A DNA stretch of 64,000 nt, taken from the NCBI GenBank assembly GCA_035221665.1, contig CM069160.1, positions 31,372,001 through 31,436,000 on the forward strand. The letters are read 5' to 3'. The translations under genes and the position numbers were made by a program. Positions 61,765-64,000 of the stretch are shown piece by piece. The stretch comes from Okamejei kenojei (lineage: Eukaryota). Numbering within the stretch: position 1 is the first letter of the stretch; each line of letters opens with the position of its first letter. Below the pieces are notes generated by a model, which was not told the origin of the DNA, ran no database searches, and saw only the letters and a program-made list of their open reading frames with translations.

Positions 61765-62425
61765 CCCTTCCAGGTCCGACAGAGGTTCACCTGCACCTCC
61801 TCCAACCTCATCTACTGCATCCGCTGCTCCAGATGCCAGATGATCTATATCGGTGAGACCAAGCGGAGGCTTGGCAATCGTTTCGCCGAACACCTCCGCT
61901 CGGTCCGCAAAAACCAACCCGACCTCCCGGTCGCTCAGCACTTCAACTCCCCCTCCCATTCCGTATCCGACCTCTCGGTCCTGGGCCTCCTCCACGGCCA
62001 GAGTGAGCAACACCGCAAGTTGGAGGAACAGCACCTCATGTTCCGCTTGGGGAGTCTGCATCCTTTGGGCTTGAACATCGAATTTTCTCAATTCTGTTAA
62101 CCCCTGCTGTCTCCTCCCCCTCCCACCTCTCCCTCAGCCCTCGGGCCCTGGCATTCCCTCTATCTCTATCTCCCTCCCCCACCCTAGTCGCACTAGCTTC
62201 TCATTTTCACACCACAAACAGCTTACAATGGCTCGTTCCCTTTATCATCGATACTTTTTTGCATATCTTTCACTCATTGTTCTTTATCTCTCCACATCAC
62301 CGTCTATATCTCTCGTTTCCCTGATCCCTGACCAGTCTGAAGAAGGGTCTCGACCCGAAACGTCGCCTATCTCCTTCGCTCCTTAGATGCTGCTGCACCC
62401 GCTGAGTTTCTCCAGCATTTTGTGT
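61765..62425 (+). mobile_element. Penelope-like fragment (right member of inverted pair)
   Basis: MIYIGETKRRLGNRFAEHLRSV...LGSLHPLGLNIEFSQFC plus tail. Confidence 0.9.
62337..62364 (+). ncRNA. Minimal hammerhead-ribozyme-like motif in Penelope 3' tail (representative copy)
   Basis: CTGAAGA-a-GGGTC-TC-GACCC-GAAA-CGTC: the CUGANGA and GAAA core boxes, stem II, a palindromic ACGU and a GUC site. Stem I is weak. Confidence 0.55.
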
Positions 62426-63056
62426 GCCCCATCCAACAGTTTGATTTGCCCCAATTCATTCGATCCTAACCACGGGTGCTGTGCGTGTGGACTTTGCACG
62501 TTCTTCCACCTTCTCTGGGTCCTCCCATTTCTAGATCTAGATCTGGTACACTGAAAAGCTCTGGGTCGGGCATCAGTCAACACTGGCCAATTTTCACACT
62601 GGACAATTGTTACATTTTTACCAATTAACCTACAAACCTGCACGTCTTTGGAGCGTGGGAGGAAACCGAAGATCCCGGAGAAAACCCACGCAGGTCACGG
62701 GGAGAACGGACAAACTCCGTACAGACAGCACCCGTAGTCGGGATTGAACCCGGGTCTCTAGCGCTGCATTCGCTGTGAGGCAGCAACTCTACCGCTGCGC
62801 CAACCGTGACCGCCCTTGCCCTTGCCCGGGATTTCCTCCCGCATTCCAAAGACATGTAGATCTGTGAGTTAATTGGCTTCCGAAAAAAAAAAATGTCCCG
62901 AGTGTGTAGGATTGAGCCGGATTGCTGGTCAGCACGGACTCTGTGGACCGAAGGGCCTGCGAGTGAGATTGGGAGTGGGTTCCTGTACAAACCCACCATC
63001 CCGGATGAATGTTAGAGGTAGCGCGAGGCTTGTCTCCACCCTGATTCTACAAGTAA

Positions 63057-63525
63057 TGTAGGTTCACCAGGTTAATTCCCGGGATGGCGGGACTGTCATG
63101 TGCTGAGAGAATGGAGCGGCTGGGCTTGTACACTCTGGAGTTTAGATGAGAGGGGATCTTATTGAAACATATAAGATTATTCAGGGTTTGGACACACTGG
63201 AGGCAGGAAACATGTTCCCGATGTTGGGGGAGTCCAGAACCAGGGGCCACAGTTTAAGAATAAGGGGTAAGCCACTTAGAACGGACACGCACAGAGAGTG
63301 GTGAGTGTGGAATTCTCTGCCTCAGAGGGCGGTAGAGGCCGGATCTCTGGATACTTTCAAGAGAGAGCTGGATAGGACTCTTAAAGGTAGCAGAGACAGG
63401 GGATAAGGGGAGAAGGCGGGAACGGGGTACTGATGGGGGATGATCAGCCATGATTACATTGAATGGCGGTGCTGGCTCGAAGGGCCGAATGGCCTCCTCC
63501 TGCACCTATTGTCTATTGTCTATGT
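63057..63525 (+). mobile_element. CR1-type LINE 3' fragment
   Basis: ORF2 remnant plus CTATTGT tail. Confidence 0.88.
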
Positions 63526-64000
63526 TCAAGAAGAAACTGCAGATGCTGGAAAATCGAAGGTAGACAAAAGTGCTGGAGAAACTCAGCGGGTGCGGCAGCA
63601 TCTATGGAGCGAAGGAAATAGGCAACATGATTGTCTCAACTGATCATTTTGGGATGGATTTGGGTTGAGCCATATTCGGGTCTCACACTATCTCTAACTT
63701 TCATCTGAAAGGAAGAACCCTCCCCCAATCTTACTCGCACCCTGGGACATGCAGAGCAAGGTGTGTGGGGAGGGAGGGGCGAGGTGAGGCAAAGGCCAGA
63801 GAATACTGTACACCCACACTGTACACCCACACTAGCCATAGGCAAGCGCTCAGTGTACATGTTACTCCTTGGAGTCTCCATGGAAACCCATGCCCCCGCC
63901 CAGCTCCCGCTAATGCTTTAGGTTTCCACAGGGAAATATGGTGTAATAGGCACTCAAGTTGCAGAAACTAAGAACTGCAGATGTTGCTGGTTTATACCAA

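Noticed and set aside
1-64000. CRISPR arrays, operons or other prokaryotic systems
   Set aside because: The sequence is vertebrate genomic DNA with spliced genes, and the recurring short repeats are LINE/Penelope tails.

Overview
Eukaryotic, repeat-saturated DNA, inferred to be from a cartilaginous fish (shark, skate or ray). The evidence is dense 5'-truncated CR1/HER1-type LINEs, Penelope GIY-YIG elements, tRNA-headed SINEs and MITEs. Most ORFs in the supplied track are retroelement debris. Two spliced + strand genes can be assembled by hand. (1) A non-rearranging antibody-like gene at about 6.4-18.8 kb (possibly extending to 24.9 kb): candidate leader exon, one germline-joined VJ exon with no RSS, and three C1-set constant exons, all joined by phase-1 introns. 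It gives about 457 aa with no transmembrane exon found and a single unpaired Cys in the J-like G-C-G motif. This matches my recollection of the elasmobranch MHC-linked non-rearranging secreted 'UrIg'; orthology needs a search. (2) A complete 3-exon, 149-aa microsomal prostaglandin E synthase (PTGES/PTGES-like) at 51.5-55.9 kb, with a compact ETS-IRF/AP-1/GC-box/TATA promoter. Between the genes lie a ~2.3-kb-arm inverted duplication and a 3.2-kb (GGGTGAGT)n G-rich satellite. Penelope tails carry a minimal hammerhead-ribozyme-like motif. There are two N gaps. Repeat boundaries are approximate.
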